Shown: positions 1 to 13,448, counted from the first letter of the stretch. The stretch: 64,000 bases of DNA from Azolla caroliniana (GCA_043228905.1 JBHGNT010000022.1:2852001-2916000), one strand, 5' to 3'. Translations and numbers: made by a program. Notes: generated by a model from the letters alone, not told the origin.

Positions 1-909
1 TTGAACCCTAGACAGAAGGTATTTCTACGTGTACCTCACAATTCTAAGACCTTGTCTACGGGTAAGTGCGCTAAGTTAGCCCCACGGTTTTGTGGACCTT
101 TTACAGTCCTCAAACGCATTGGGTCATCAGCCTATCTTCTTGCTCTTCCCGATGGTGTTGGAATTCATCCAGTCTTCCATGTGAGTCGTCTAAAAGAACT
201 TCTAGGTTCTGGCGACAATACAATTCCAACTGAAACTCTGGTTACTTCTGAAGAATTATCTTCTAAACCACATGTACCAGAAAGAATTCTCGATGTTAAA
301 ACAAAAAAATTACGTACTAAAGAAATCCGAGAATTTAAAATAAAATGGATGGATAAATCAATAAAAGATGCCACATGGGAACGCGAAAATACTCTTAGAA
401 CTAATTTTCCTAACTTTCCATTGCAAGAGCGCAATGTTTTAAAGAGGGGGAGTATGTTACGGGCATGACCATTTAATATCCCGTGGTGAGAATTTACCGT
501 AGTATTCTATACACGTGGATAAGTGTGAGGGTTAAACGAGAGTGTAAAGAAGGGGAGGATTACTTTTAATCCTCGGGATTGAGACAACCCATTAGGTCAA
601 GTGTGAACTTGCCTAGGGGCCTTGGGTATCGCTATAAATAAGAGGCCTAGCTACCCTCATTTGATCATCTTTTTTACTACATCAAGACTCTGCTCTTGTG
701 GTGGGTCAACTCTTGTAGTGAGCGCGCCAGCACCAGGTACGACTCGACGCCACGGCGGTGGTATGGGACGCCGATCGGACTCGAGTCCGTCTCGATCCCT
801 TCGCTCGGGGGTGGTCGGGTGGATCGGCACCCTTCTTTCTCTTTCTCCTTTCTATCTATCATTTGTTTATCCTTATCTTAAGCTTACTTTAGTACTTAGA
901 TCTCTAATA
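1..909 (+). mobile_element. 3' end of a Ty3/gypsy chromovirus: integrase C-terminus + chromodomain (1-468), PPT (441-452), 3' LTR (~455-909)
   Basis: ORF 1-468 has KLAPRFCGPF...IHPVFHVSRLK and a chromodomain (PERILDVK...FKIKW...ATWE). PPT AAAGAGGGGGAG is followed by TGTTAC. The LTR has TATAAATA and ends TAATA, where copia gag sequence resumes. Confidence 0.85.
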
Positions 910-2686
910 TTGACGATGATGAAATGGTGCAGATATGCCTCAACGGCTTAGCACCTCGGTTCGGCGCAATAAGGTCAACCATCCTCGCAAGGGAGAATCG
1001 CCCCTTATTTTTTGATCTCCAATTGATGCTATTGGTCGAAGAAAATCACGTTCGAACGAGGAGCAATGTGCAAGGAGAACACATGCTCTATTCGAATTCA
1101 TATGGAGGAAGGGGGCAAAGTCGTGGAAGAAGAGGCCGATTCGACCAAGGCTGTCACAACCAAGAACAACCCCACGAGCAGAACTTCTACTACCGGCAAG
1201 ACGTTGCAAACACGGAAGGTGGAACCTCAGGAAGGGGGAGCAATCATGCCGGACCTAGCCGACAAAACAACTCTGTCCAATGTGGATACTATGGCAAATT
1301 TGGCCACTACGAGTTAGAGTGTCGGAAAAAGAAAAGTGAGTTCACCTTCACAAGCCGACAACTTACCAACTACGTCTAAAATTTTGATTACGACGATCGT
1401 GGCGGAATGTATGGTTTGTCGTCTCGGGTGCATCCAATCACATGACGTCTCATGAAGATTGGTTTCGAGAACTAAGAAAGCCCGAACGACCCAACTATGT
1501 GGGAATAGGGGATGCCACAATTCACCCCATTCAACATGTTAGTAACGTCTCTTTCAGAGAAGAGGGCAACCAAACCTACATCAAGAATGGTTGGAGAGTG
1601 TACAAACAGATATGCGAAAGGGAGTATGAGGACCTATGGATTATGCTCAGTAAACAACACAGAAAGAACGAAGGCAAGAAGATGAACAAAAGATGGACAC
1701 GCTCTTAAGCTTTAATGGAAGCTTTGTTATTTTGTTCTCTCTCTGTAACTCTACACTCAAAGATTCAAGAGGTATTGTTACAGTGTTAGGTTAGAGCTTA
1801 TATACTAAGCCCTAACTATTTGGATGTGTTCACACTAGGATACAAAGTGGAAGGAGTCGGCGTTTTATCCCAACAAGAACATCTTGCATGTTCCAACGAT
1901 AATGAAGAATATGGTCTCGGTCGGCCATATTGTGGAATAAGGCATGCAAGTTTGGTTCAACAAAGGAGGTTGCTTCATCGAAAAGGGAGGCCGAATTATT
2001 GCTCACGAACGAAGAGAAGGCCGAATGTTCATTCTTGATTCTCACGAGATAAAATCAGCAATGTTTGCCAAGGGCCATAAAGCCAACACCGACATAGAGC
2101 TATTCGGCGGGAGTTCACCGGCCGACACACACCTCAGTAGAATTAAGTGGCGGAACGAAAGAACCAACATATACTCGAGGTGGCAAGGGCAATGATGAAT
2201 GAGAAACATCTACCAAAATCATACTGGGTTGAAGCGGCGAACACGGTTGTCTATCTAATGAATCGATGCAGAACATCCGGAGTATCCCCCACGAGAAGTT
2301 CTATGGAAGGAAGCCGGACTTATCCCACATCAGGATATTCGAGTCTATCGCATTCGTACATATTCCCGATGAAAAGCTGAAAAAGCTGAAAAAGCTGAAA
2401 AAGCTCGATCCAAAATCAGAGAAGTGTATCCTCGTGGGGTACGCGCTTGAACAAAAGAGGTATAAGTGCTTCAACCCCTCCATCAAGGTGTGAGTGAGTA
2501 GGGATGTCATATTCAACGAATCGGCATCCTGGTACACAGTCGACTTAGCTCCATCTGATCCAATCGAAACCAATTTTGATATAGACTCGGAGGACGATGA
2601 TCAACTAAGCCTCATGCCAAAGGAGTGTCCCATCTCAACTAGATTGAGTGGACCACAAGAGCCACTGAGCGACCACAGTACGTTGC
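910..2686 (+). mobile_element. Degenerate Ty1/copia gag-protease-integrase fragment
   Basis: Zn-knuckle-like CGYYGKFGHYELEC, protease SGASNHMT, integrase AERKNQHILEVARAMM...YWVEAANT and KLDPKSEKCILVGY. Contains frameshifts, stops and a 9-bp GAAAAAGCT expansion at ~2370-2406. Confidence 0.85.
1589..1875 (-). mobile_element. Solo LTR of the same copia family as the 48647-53805 element
   Basis: Interrupts the copia frame YIKN|ILHVP. TSD AGAAT/AGAAC. Shares GGATGTGTTCACACTAGGATACAAAGTGGAAGGAGTC and the CCAACA end with 53532-53805. Confidence 0.8.
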
Positions 2687-2809
2687 TGTTAGGAATAGTA
2701 CTAAAGACGGAGGGGGAATTAGTACTAGAGGTAGAGGAGGATGAGTACTACGAGTACTTAAGATGAAAAGATGATGTGGAACTCACGAGCGAGAGAGAGA
2801 GAGAGAGAG

Positions 2810-2896
<87 letters not shown>

Positions 2897-3230
2897 TGAT
2901 GGCAATAGAAGATATATATATTATAAGGAGAAAGATACAAGAACAACTAGGAGGCTTAAGACTGGCATTCCAAACATCGTTCAAAAAACCGGTTATCGCA
3001 TCGTACCACTCGATTGATTGCCTCTGTGAATGATTTTGGTTCTTCGGGGAAAGTTAGAAGTCTTTGACATCATTTCGTAGGCCATATCGAAATTTCTCCA
3101 TCAATGCTTGATCATCCCAGGGGATATCGAAGGCGAGTAGACAGAAATGTGCAGCATAAGCCTTTGTTGATTGTCGCCCTTATGCTATTGGTGACGTACT
3201 CGGCACGGACCCGCAGGTCAACCTCCATTT
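2687..3230 (-). mobile_element. Remnant of Tf1/sushi-like gypsy gag joined to a probable LTR end containing a (GA)n(GT)n(GA)n microsatellite
   Basis: Minus strand ~2960-3230 reads AYAAHFCLLAFDIPWDDQALMEKFRYGLRNDVK, homologous to the gags at 6663 and 23730. Microsatellite at ~2791-2896. Confidence 0.6.
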
Positions 3231-3448
3231 CTTTGGGGTGGGGAGGCACATCCATCACTTTGAGATAGCCCCCCAGGCCATTCCTTTTCAGCCAAGTGCA
3301 GAGCACAGAAGAAACTTCGATAGGCATGTTGATTATTTCGTCTGTGGTTGGGGTTGTGGAGGTGAAGGGCTTTTGTGTAAAGAGCTTCTCCTAAGAGAAA
3401 GTCGGTTGTTCGGTGTTTCTTCTGCTTCGATTGCTCTGGATACAATGA

Positions 3449-3537
3449 TGTAAAAGAATACGTGTGCGGAAGCGTATGTGTAAGACACAGAGTATAGTCG
3501 GTTATTCGGAAATACGTCAGTTATGTAAACATAGAGT

Positions 3538-3571
<34 letters not shown>

Positions 3572-4250
3572 AAACAACAACAATCTTTTGTTCTAGCAAA
3601 ATGTTCTTTGTGTACTCAGTTACAACGAATGTGCTCAGAGAGCACTTTATATACAAGCCCTGACGAGTGAGTTGACACAAGTACTGACAAGTACTTGAAT
3701 GCTCATTAACTAAGCCTAACACTACCTCTGCCTATGATATTCCTATTTACTAAAATAGAAATATAGGCCTGTATAGACCAACCGGTTTGGAATTCGACTT
3801 ATTTAGCCGATTCAAGCCTAGCCGATCGGTTTCCATTCAATCTGGCTCTCGACTTCCTTAGCCGATTTAGCCCATGTTGAGCTTGTCTCTAACAATCGGC
3901 AATGGTTCAGTTTGGTTCAGGTTTTTTTTAATGGTTTAGTTCAGTTTCTGTTCAGTTTCAACAGTTAGAAATCACGGTTTAACGGGTTTTTTTTAATTAA
4001 ATTTTTTATTTTTTTAACAATCTTTTCATTTTTATGCCTTATTCTCACATTTTAGGAAAATCTTTAAAATTTTGAAAATTTTAATAATGAAATATTTTAA
4101 ATTTTGACCTAAGCTGAAAATCGAAATCGAACCGGCTTAACGGTTTGAATTTTTTTAATGGTTTGGTTTAATGGTTTCGTGGTTCGGTTCGGTTTGACCC
4201 TCTCGAACCGAACTGTTGCCGATTGTTACTTGTCTCTCAACACTCCCCCT
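3449..4250 (-). mobile_element. 3' LTR (3449-4242) and PPT (4243-4250) of a minus-strand LTR element, probably copia
   Basis: TG...CA boundaries; adjacent CTCCCCCT is the PPT AGGGGGAG on the minus strand; contains an (AG)n tract. Confidence 0.65.
3890..4228. mobile_element. hAT-type MITE (339 bp)
   Basis: 13-bp TIRs TAACAATCGGCAA/TTGCCGATTGTTA, perfect 8-bp TSD CTTGTCTC (3882-3889, 4229-4236), subterminal AACCG/CGGTT motifs. Confidence 0.9.
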
Positions 4251-5933
4251 CAAGCTCAACTTGAGGTCCTGCCGTGTCAGCTCTAGCTAGTACATAGTGT
4301 TGGAAGCAGCCGTCAGGTGCGGAACAATCTCAACATCTCTTTGTGATGAAGATCGTCAAAGAATGGAGAGAAACAGATTAAGAACAATAGACAACTAGAA
4401 CATAAGACAAGATCAACAAGAAAACAAGGAGAAGATGGATTGTAGAGTAGGCACAAACAAGATGTAATTGTATTATTTTCAAAAGTTAAAATAGCACAAT
4501 GTACAAAGTGAACAACCTTAACACTAGGTTACAAGAGTTAGTTTAAATACTAACTAACTTAGGGCGACTGCCCTTTCTACTATTTACAGAAATGGCCTAA
4601 ACCCAGTATGTCCAATGGGACAATGTGAATATGTCCATTAGAGACCTATATTCGACACACCCCCAAAATGGGCGTATACAACAAACAATTTGTAATAAAA
4701 GAAGTGAACCAAAAATATAGATTTATACAAGGTTGTCAAACAAATCAGTTTGTGTTCGAGTTGGCAAACTCTGAGAGTAGAAGGCCAAATCGGAAGGACT
4801 GAAGCTGAACCTTGAACTGTCGATGATGATTGTCCAAAACCATCATGAATGTTCTACTCAATCAGACTGATTCTTCGTTACGCCCATCTAGTGTCGAAGG
4901 GATTAGATTAGATCCGCCGAAAGACACTTGGTCGTCCCATTTGCGACATTATGAGCTGTAGGTATCTTCTCAAGGCCGATTTTCCCTGAAATGACGTACT
5001 CCCGAACAAAGTGATATCTCACTTCTATATGCTTCGAGGCATTGTGCTGAACCGGATTTCATGACAAAGCAACAACACCCTCACTGTCACTATAGACAAC
5101 TGGAGCCTAGTCGAAATCAACTCGTCGAAACATGTGAGTTAGCCGACTGAGCCATAAGGCCTCTTTTGCCGCATCAAATGCGACAACATATTCGGCCTAA
5201 GTTGTAGACATGGCAATGCACTCTTGAAGTTTTGACTTCCACGAGATTGCTCCATTGCCGAATTTAAAGAAATATCTTATTCTCGACTTTCGACTGTCTT
5301 TGCAGCCGGCGAAGTCCGAGTCAGTATAACCGACTATGCCTGAAGTGTCGTTTGGGCCGAATGCCGCATCAAATGCGACAACATATTCGGCCTAAGTTGT
5401 AGACGTGGCAATGCACTCTTGAAGTTTTGACATCCACGGGATTGCCCCATTGCCGAATTTAAAGAAATATCCGGTTGTTGACTTTGACTGTCTTTACAGC
5501 CGGCAAAGTCCGAGTCGATATAACCGACTACGCTTGAAGTGTTGTTCGGGTCGAATAGGATGCCATAGTCTTTTGTGCCCACTAGATAACTGAACACATG
5601 CTTTATTGTTTTCCAATGCAATCGGCAGGATTGTGCATAAATCTGTTGACGACTCCTACGGCATGAGCAATGTCAGGCCGTGTCGCGACCATTGCATACA
5701 TCAAGGAGCCGACTATCGGTGCATACAATACTGACTTCATAACTTCCCCCTCCGGACCGGATGTCAAACAATCTCGCTAAGACAGCCAAAGACTAATAGG
5801 GAGTGGGGTCAAAGCAGATTTGACCAATTGCATGTTGAAGCATTCTAAGACACATCCAACATCAATATAGTTGGCTTGAGACAGAAACAGTTGTCGTCGA
5901 GTTCGAATCCGACTTATCTTCATCCCTAGAATG

Positions 5934-8900
5934 TGTCATAGACATATGCCATGAAGGAAGGTGAGGATTGAACCCAAGACCTCATGGTCTCTACCAAATC
6001 CAACTTCATGTAATGTAGATTTTACATTGGAAGTTCCTAGCTTGCACGCATCCTCATTTCTAGCTTGCACACATTCTCATGCATTCTCTATTGCATGCAT
6101 CCTCATGCATACTCTATTTCTAGTTGCCTTACATAGCCCTACCTTCTTGCAAAAATAGTCATGAGCATCGTGATTCTAATCAAGGTGAACAACACTAGTT
6201 ACGGATTCTATAAGTTAAGTTATTGTTCTTTTCCTCTCTCTTATTTTCTAGTCTTGTCTTCACTCTGCTCTATTATACTTGTCCGTGACAGTTTGTTCAC
6301 CTTCCCCTCTTCTTTCTACCATGTCTAGCTCCGTCAACAACCTAAACCAAGTCATGGCAGCCTTGCAATAACTTCAGCTAGAGAATGAAATCCTTTAGGA
6401 ATTATTACGAGAGTTGCAATCCAGCACTTCAAGAAATCCACCACCCGCCGAGTCATAACCACCGTCGGCACCTAGCCCAACCACATCCTCTTCCCATCCA
6501 TATGTCCTCGAACCAACCATCAACCTTCTGGATAAATTCAACGGCACGAGGGCGTATCTTCGCGGCTTCATCAACCAAATTCGGCTTATCATCCGGTTAA
6601 AATCCCAACAGTATGCTAGCAACTTTTCTCGGGTTGGGCTTGTCGGCACGCTTCTCTCCGGGTTGGCGCAAGCTTGGTTTGCACCCTTGATCGAGACCTC
6701 ATCTCCTCTGTTAGAAAACTTCACCGCTTTCATTGAGGACCTCGATGCCACATTTGGCGAGACAGACCGACGACGAACGACACTCACAAAGTTTTATTCT
6801 TTCCAACAAGGCTCACGTCCAGCCTCGGTCTACGCCTCAAAGTTTCGTCAGATTGCGTACGATGTCAGTTGGGATGACCAAGCCCTATGCGACCATTTCC
6901 GTCACGGTCTCCGAAACGACGTCAAGACTCTTCTCTTCAACTTCTTGGAGCCCACATCGTTGTCTCAAGTAATCTCCCAAGCTATCCAGTGTGACAATCG
7001 TCTCTTCAAAAATTGTCAAGAAGAACGGGGGACTCGCGGGTCTCATGCTTCTTCCCGAAACGCATCAATCACCAGGCCCTACTTGTCTTTCACGCCAACC
7101 TTACCATCACCCAGTGATACCCATACCGCAACGGAGGTCGATTTCCATACCCCGATGGAGATCGACCACGCTCGGTTCCAACCACTAATTGAACCCCAAT
7201 GCCAACATTGTCGGGACAATGGACTTTGCCTCTATTGTGGCAACCCCGGCCATGTCATCCGCCACTGCCCAGTGCGGGGGCCGCGGCACCAATTCCATCG
7301 TGCACGTCTTACGGAGGTTCCTCGACAACAGGAAAACAACCAAGTCCGGTTGCAGTAGGAGCCATGCCGTTGGACGATTCCCGTTACTCACCTTCTCCAT
7401 GCTCCTACAAGTCCGCTCCGCCATTAGGAGGGTTCTCTTTGCAAAAAAGTCTTTTTTATTGTTCGATTCCGGAGCATCTACTTGATTTATCAATAAATAG
7501 TTTGTCCGCGCACATCACAACCCATATTCGTTGCTCGGTGATCGAGGTCAGGTTCTCTCTTCGGGGGCGGTTACCAAAGCCACTATCCCGTTGGTACTTC
7601 AAGTTGGGGCGCATCAGGAGGAACTCACATTCTACCTCATTGCAACCCCCCGACATCTTATTGTGTTGGGGCTATCTTGGTTGGAGACACACAATCCGAC
7701 GGTGCATTGGTGTAACCGCTCCATCACTTTTCCAATAAGGCCAATTCTTGCTAGGTCACGACACTCCCTTGATTCTGTTGCAGTCGAGGCCGGTTTGGTC
7801 GCTACACTGGCCGTTGTGTCAAGGGATGTCACCGTTCTTGTCAACAATTTACCCGTCTGATATAGCGACTTTTCTGACATCTTCAAAAAGCGGAATCCCG
7901 ATCGGTTACTGGCTCATCTTCCCTACGATTGCCCAATTGATCTCCAAGTTAGCGAGCATCCCCCATTCGGTCCTATCTATGGGTTATCTAAACCCAAACT
8001 TGAGGCTCTCCGCACATATCTAGCTGAGAATCTCGCGAAGGGCTTCATTCAACCCTCCAAATCACTGGCCACCACCAATCTTATTAGTCAAAAAGAAGGA
8101 CGGCTCCTTATGCTTATGTGTGGATTATCGGGGTCTCAACAAAGTTATAGTACGTAATCGTTACCCCCTACCCTTAATTCCAATGCTCCTTGATCGACTA
8201 TGAACTGGGATGTTGTTTGGTTGACAATAACTATTGCCGACACAGTATATGTCGAACATTGCTCACCGAACGTTCTACCAATGAATTGTGGTTTAGACGA
8301 ATAGATACTAAAATGGTTGTAACCTTATCGATGTTAAGCAGGCATCGAGATCGTTATTTACGTAATAAGTTATGACAGAAAGGAAATAGATTGATAGAGC
8401 GTTTCGTACACAGAGATTTCCTAAACTAACTTTATATTATCTAAATAAAACGATAGCTCTTTACACTGCCTTCGGTTCCTTTTATAGGCAACCGGAAGGA
8501 CTTTCTCATCAAGAAAACATATTGCCAAACATGGCAAGAACTACAAAATCTTTAACTAACTTATAATTTCAGTTTTAATTTACTTCGGCCAAATGCTAAC
8601 TCATCGATCCTCTATACCGATCCGAATCCGACTCCGACTCTGAACCTTCTTCATTTCCAACTCCGACACTTCCCCACTTGTCCGGGTAACATGGGCATAT
8701 CTTCTCCAAAATCGACCTTCAAGGTGCCTACAATTTGGTGCGCATCAAGCCTGGGGACGAGTGGAAAACGGCTTTTCGGACGCGCTATGGACATTTCGAG
8801 TACAAAGTGATGCCATTTCGAGTACAAAGTGATGCCACTCTGGCTGTCTTCCAACACATGATGAATGATATTTCTCGAGAGTATCTCGATCATTTTGTGG

Positions 8901-10654
8901 TCATCTACCTTGACAACATCCTAGTTTTTTCTTCCAACGGGGAGGAGCACACACACCACATCTAGTTGGTTCTCACCAAACTCCAGGAATATGGGCTCTT
9001 CGCCAAAAGTGAGAAATGTGAATTCTATCGTACCTCTGTCGAATTCCTGGGTTACATCATCTCACCTACCAGGATCACAATGAATGAACACAAGGTAGCG
9101 GAAATCACGGATTGGCCTCTCCCGACTTGGTTGAAAGAGGTACAATCTTTTCTTGTTTTTACAAATTTTTATAGACAATTTATAGACGAGTTCTCTTCCC
9201 TCGTCCAACCTCTCATCTAGCTTACTCGGAAAGATACTCCATTTCTTTGGACCCCCGCGGCACACAATGCTTTTAATGCCCTCAAAGTAGCTTTTCTCTC
9301 CGCCCCCGTGTTAGTCCACCCTGACCCCACCCGCCCTTTCCAAGTTGAAACCGATGCTTACGACATTGCCATAGGTGCGGTCTTGTCCCAGCCCGACGAT
9401 GATGGCACCATGCATCTGGTCGCCTTCTACTCTTGGAAATTTATAGCCCCGGAAATCAATTATCCGGTCTATGACAAGGAGCTTGCCGCTATCATCTCGG
9501 CCTTCGCCGAATAGCAACCCTATCTAGCTGGGGCCCAACATCATATATAGGTGCTTACTGACCACAAGAATCTCATCTACTTCACCACCACTCATACGTT
9601 GAATCGGAGGCAGGCTCGCTGGTCATCTTTTCTCGCCGACTACGACTTCAAAATCTTGTTTGGACCTGGCGTTCAACATGGGAAAGCAGATGCTCTCTTT
9701 CGGCGACCCGACTTTGCACTACGCCCAGGTGACGACACATATTCTCAGCAATCACATTACAGTTTATTACGGCCTGATCAACTCCACATGTTCATAACCT
9801 ATATGTTGCATGATGATTCCTTGCTCAACGAGATCGCCCAAGCAACCAAATCGGACCCTTTCGCTACTAACATCATGGTGCACCTCAACAACCCATCCCA
9901 AGAAATGCAAAGCTCGGATCTCAGTCACTTTACAACTCATGATGGGCTACTCTATCGTAACCACCTCCTTTACGTACAAGCTAGCACATGTCGCATCCAA
10001 GTACTACCAACTTGGCACGATGATCGGGACTTTTGTGAACTTGTCAAGCACGCACCACCCTCAAACTGATGGCCAAACCGAACGAGTCAACCAAATCCTT
10101 GAACAATACCTCTAGAGTATAGTCCGCTACCAACAAGACGATTGGGTGGACTTCCTTGCTATGGCGGAATTTGCCTGCAATAATAGTATCCATGCCTCAA
10201 CTAAGGTTTCCCCATTCTTTGCAAACTACGGTTTCCACCCTCGTTTCAGCATTTCCATTCCAGATATTTTTGTCAATCCGTCGGCCGAGAGGCATGCCCA
10301 CACCTTACAAGATGTCCATTATGACCTCTCCCTCGAGCTCCATGCCGCTAGCAAAGAGTATAAAGCTCACGTTGACCGACATCGCTTGGTCGTGCCGACC
10401 TTCACAGTCGATGACATGGTTTGGCTGCTACGTCGCCACATGACAACCACCCAGCACTTCCTCCCACATTTCGGCTTCATAATGTTTTCCACGTCTCTCT
10501 CCTCGCACTCTACCATCCTTCTCGCATTCCGAGACGACAACCTCCGTTGTTGCCGCCCGTGGAATTATTGACAGATGAGGAGTACGAGGTTGACCGCATC
10601 CTCTCTCTTGCTTTCTAGTCTTGTCTTCGCTCCGCTATATACTTGTCCGTGACA
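5934..10654 (+). mobile_element. Tf1/sushi/Tcn1-like Ty3/gypsy chromovirus, degenerate; 5' LTR 5934-6290, truncated 3' LTR ~10600-10654
   Basis: 5-bp TSD GAATG (5929-5933, 10655-10659). Gag with CLYCGNPGHVIRHCP; protease FDSGAST; [24 protein letters not shown] and YLDNIL; RH ETDAYDIAIGAVLSQ; IN HPQTDGQTER. The chromodomain start EEYEVDRIL is fused to the LTR tail CTTGTCCGTGACA, which matches the 5' LTR end. Confidence 0.92.
8211..8691 (-). mobile_element. Solo LTR inserted in the gypsy RT
   Basis: TG...CA, TSD TGGGA/TGGGC, interrupts RT between LLDRL and HIFSKIDL. Loosely resembles the 29480-29912 LTR (CCGGGTAACA end, minus-strand TATA). Confidence 0.8.
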
Positions 10655-13448
10655 GAATGTGTATTGCTGGATTGAGGTCCTTCATGGAAAACTTCAATCG
10701 TAGTTGCCAAACAAGTTCAGTGAGCTCTCCAGCATGCGAACTAGCGAGTAGCATGTCGTCCACGTAAATGACGAGGAAGATGGGTGATCCATCTTGAGTT
10801 GTTTTGGTGAAGAGGTAGTGATCCTCATCACTCTTGGAGAAGCCGACTAATTGGATGAAGTTGTCAAACTTCTTGTACCACTGCTTCAGTGCCTATTTCA
10901 GGCTGTAAAGACTCTTTCTGAGTCGATAGTCTAGGTGTTCTTGGCCGGATACCACGAAGCCTTTCGGCTGCTCCATATAAATTTCCTCCTCTAGGTCACC
11001 ATGGAGGAATGTCATTTTGACATCTAGTTGAATCACCTCCAAAGATGCCATAGACATACTATTACTTGTTTGTGGTTTATCCATTGTGAGTGCTTTGTCA
11101 ATCACCTGCTCTAGTGATTGATCTTTAAATCGAACACAACTAATCTCACGTCTTTACCCCTCTAGACATATGAGATGTGATTCGAGATCCGATAACTATG
11201 GTAACACTGGTGTTTTAAAAACCATGGGGGAAAACATAGCAAAGATCTATTTCTCAGATCTCTATCTTGAATAATCATTGCGGCTCCCCGAGGTTGGACC
11301 ATGGTTCTAGCATCAATGTAATTTCCAAGTTACCCTTATATTAAAATGCCAACTCAACATGTATTGATATGGTCGAGAAAGTGTATTACGTGCAAAAACA
11401 AGTGCACACGCAAGTAATATTCTAGTCTTGCAAGTAGCAAGCAAATGTTATGAAAAAAAGAGACAAATAAGTTGTAAACAAGGTTAAAAAACCATGCGTT
11501 GTGTACTAAACAAAAATACAACAAATAAATGGATGGTGCGAGGTATGCACATATCCATCCCAATATGGTGGTTGTAATTTGCACAATTGTGACATAAGCC
11601 ACAAATTGATACAAGTGGTGGTGGTGTTGTGTGCAAAGATGTAGTACTCAAATCTATGAGTAAAACATCAATAGGGGCTCGATAATATGAGTTAAACCTA
11701 GATGGCCCGTTGGAAAAAATCATTCAAAAAAAGGCATGATGCCCACTCAATATGAAAAAATAGTCTACATGGAAGCGTTACATCATAGGTAAACGCACGT
11801 AAATACTTTAAACATGAAAAGTAAGGGTAAAAAAAAGAGAGTGAAGTGTGAGTGGGTAGATTACAATCACAAGAAAATCTTAAGAAAGCAGGAAGATAAC
11901 TTGTGTAATTAGAAAATAGGTAGAACAATAATCAATTAGGTGTATGAAACATTAAGCATGCCATAAGGTAAGAAACCCTAGGGTAATCGACATGCAACTC
12001 CTCAAGACCACCACATCCCATAGAATCGGCCAAGTGATGGCTCAATAGAGAGTATAGTGGCATAGGTAAGCAACATACACCTCGTCAAGGCCACAACATC
12101 CCATAGAATTGGTGAAGTGATGGCTCAATAAAGTGAAGGGTGGCATACTCAACATCATAAGCAAAAGGGCCATGAGGTGAGCATGTGTGATTAGGGAAAA
12201 CACGCTCGACCCGATGTCGTGAAGAAAACCGGCCATAGGCGGAATCAGAGAGAAAGCGCGTAAACCGGCCCTTACACGAATGGACACGTGACTTGATATT
12301 TTGTACACGAACCGGTGGATGTAAATACTAAGCCGCACGCATTTATTAGGGGGGGATTGTGCGTATCCCGGTGAGAGGGATAGGGAATAAAGGGAGGAGG
12401 ACAAGGGAAAACGGGTATCGTGCATGAGGAGGAAGAAAAGCGGGGGCTGCAGAACGGAAGAGAGAGCTCTCTCTCTTGGTCGAGGATCGTCGCTCTCTGT
12501 GGGTGTCGGGAGGTCGCCGCCTCTGCTTTGTGGACAGCCCGTGTGCTTCCAGCAGAGTCGCTCCCTTTCCCCTTTTGTTTCTTTGAATCGTGTGACTGTC
12601 GTCGTTGTGCGTGAGTAGGGTCCCCGTGTCGGGTCCGTCGCCGCTTTGTCGGTTGTAACTGTCGGAGTTTGTAATCTCTTGCCATTATAATTAAGTGTTA
12701 CATTCTATATCTCTCTTTCTCGCTTCTATGTGTCGGTGAATCTCTCTCTCTGTCTCTCTCTCTCTCACTCCTCGGTCCGAGACCCTCGTGGTCCCGCCCC
12801 TTTCTACACGTACACGCATAACAACGCGACATCATTGTTGAACCCGACGTGAAAGGGCGGCAAAGGAGTCGAAAGATGAGGGGATCGGAGCTAACAGAGG
12901 CAATGGCGGTGGCCGTCGACCGGTTGGTGAGCGCTCGTGAGGGAACGGGTACCCTCGACAGAGCCATTGAATCGATTGTCGGCTCTATACGCCGTTTCAG
13001 AGGGAAAGATGCCACAAGTTATTTGGAGTCTTACCAGGCCGAAATGATCATGAGGGATATCCCGATGGACAGCCAGTTGTTCGGATTCCCTCGGGTGGTG
13101 ACGCTGGGCATCCATGCGGAGGTGCTCGAGGTGCTAGCCGGATGCCAGACTTGGGAGGAGTTCGAGTTGCAGCTCCTCGAGAAGTACGGGTTTGACCACT
13201 CGCTCCGGCTGTCGAGGTGGGACTTCATGGCGTGGGTGGAAAGCCCCGGAAAAGGGAGGAACACGTCGGTGCTCCTCCATGAGTTCGAAAAACGGTTCGC
13301 GCGGCTGTCGACGCTGGACCGGACGGTGCTCGAAACAAGTCGAGTACTGTTGTTTGTCAAGTCGGTGGATGCGCTCGACAGGGAAAAGGTGGGGCCCCTA
13401 TTAGAAACGGACGAAGCGCTCACGACGGATTGGGCCGTGGTAAAACGG

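Larger units (their letters stand above)
4342..11060 (-). mobile_element. Ty1/copia 3' portion (probable 3' LTR ~4342-4660; RNase H/RT ~4940-5933 and 10655-11060), split by a gypsy insertion
   Basis: Minus-strand RT/RH motifs QLDVKMTFLHGDLEEEIYMEQP, YVDDML, ATRPDI, VGYIDSDFAG, KHIEVRYHFVRE. A ~195-bp tandem duplication lies at ~5168-5557. Confidence 0.8.
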
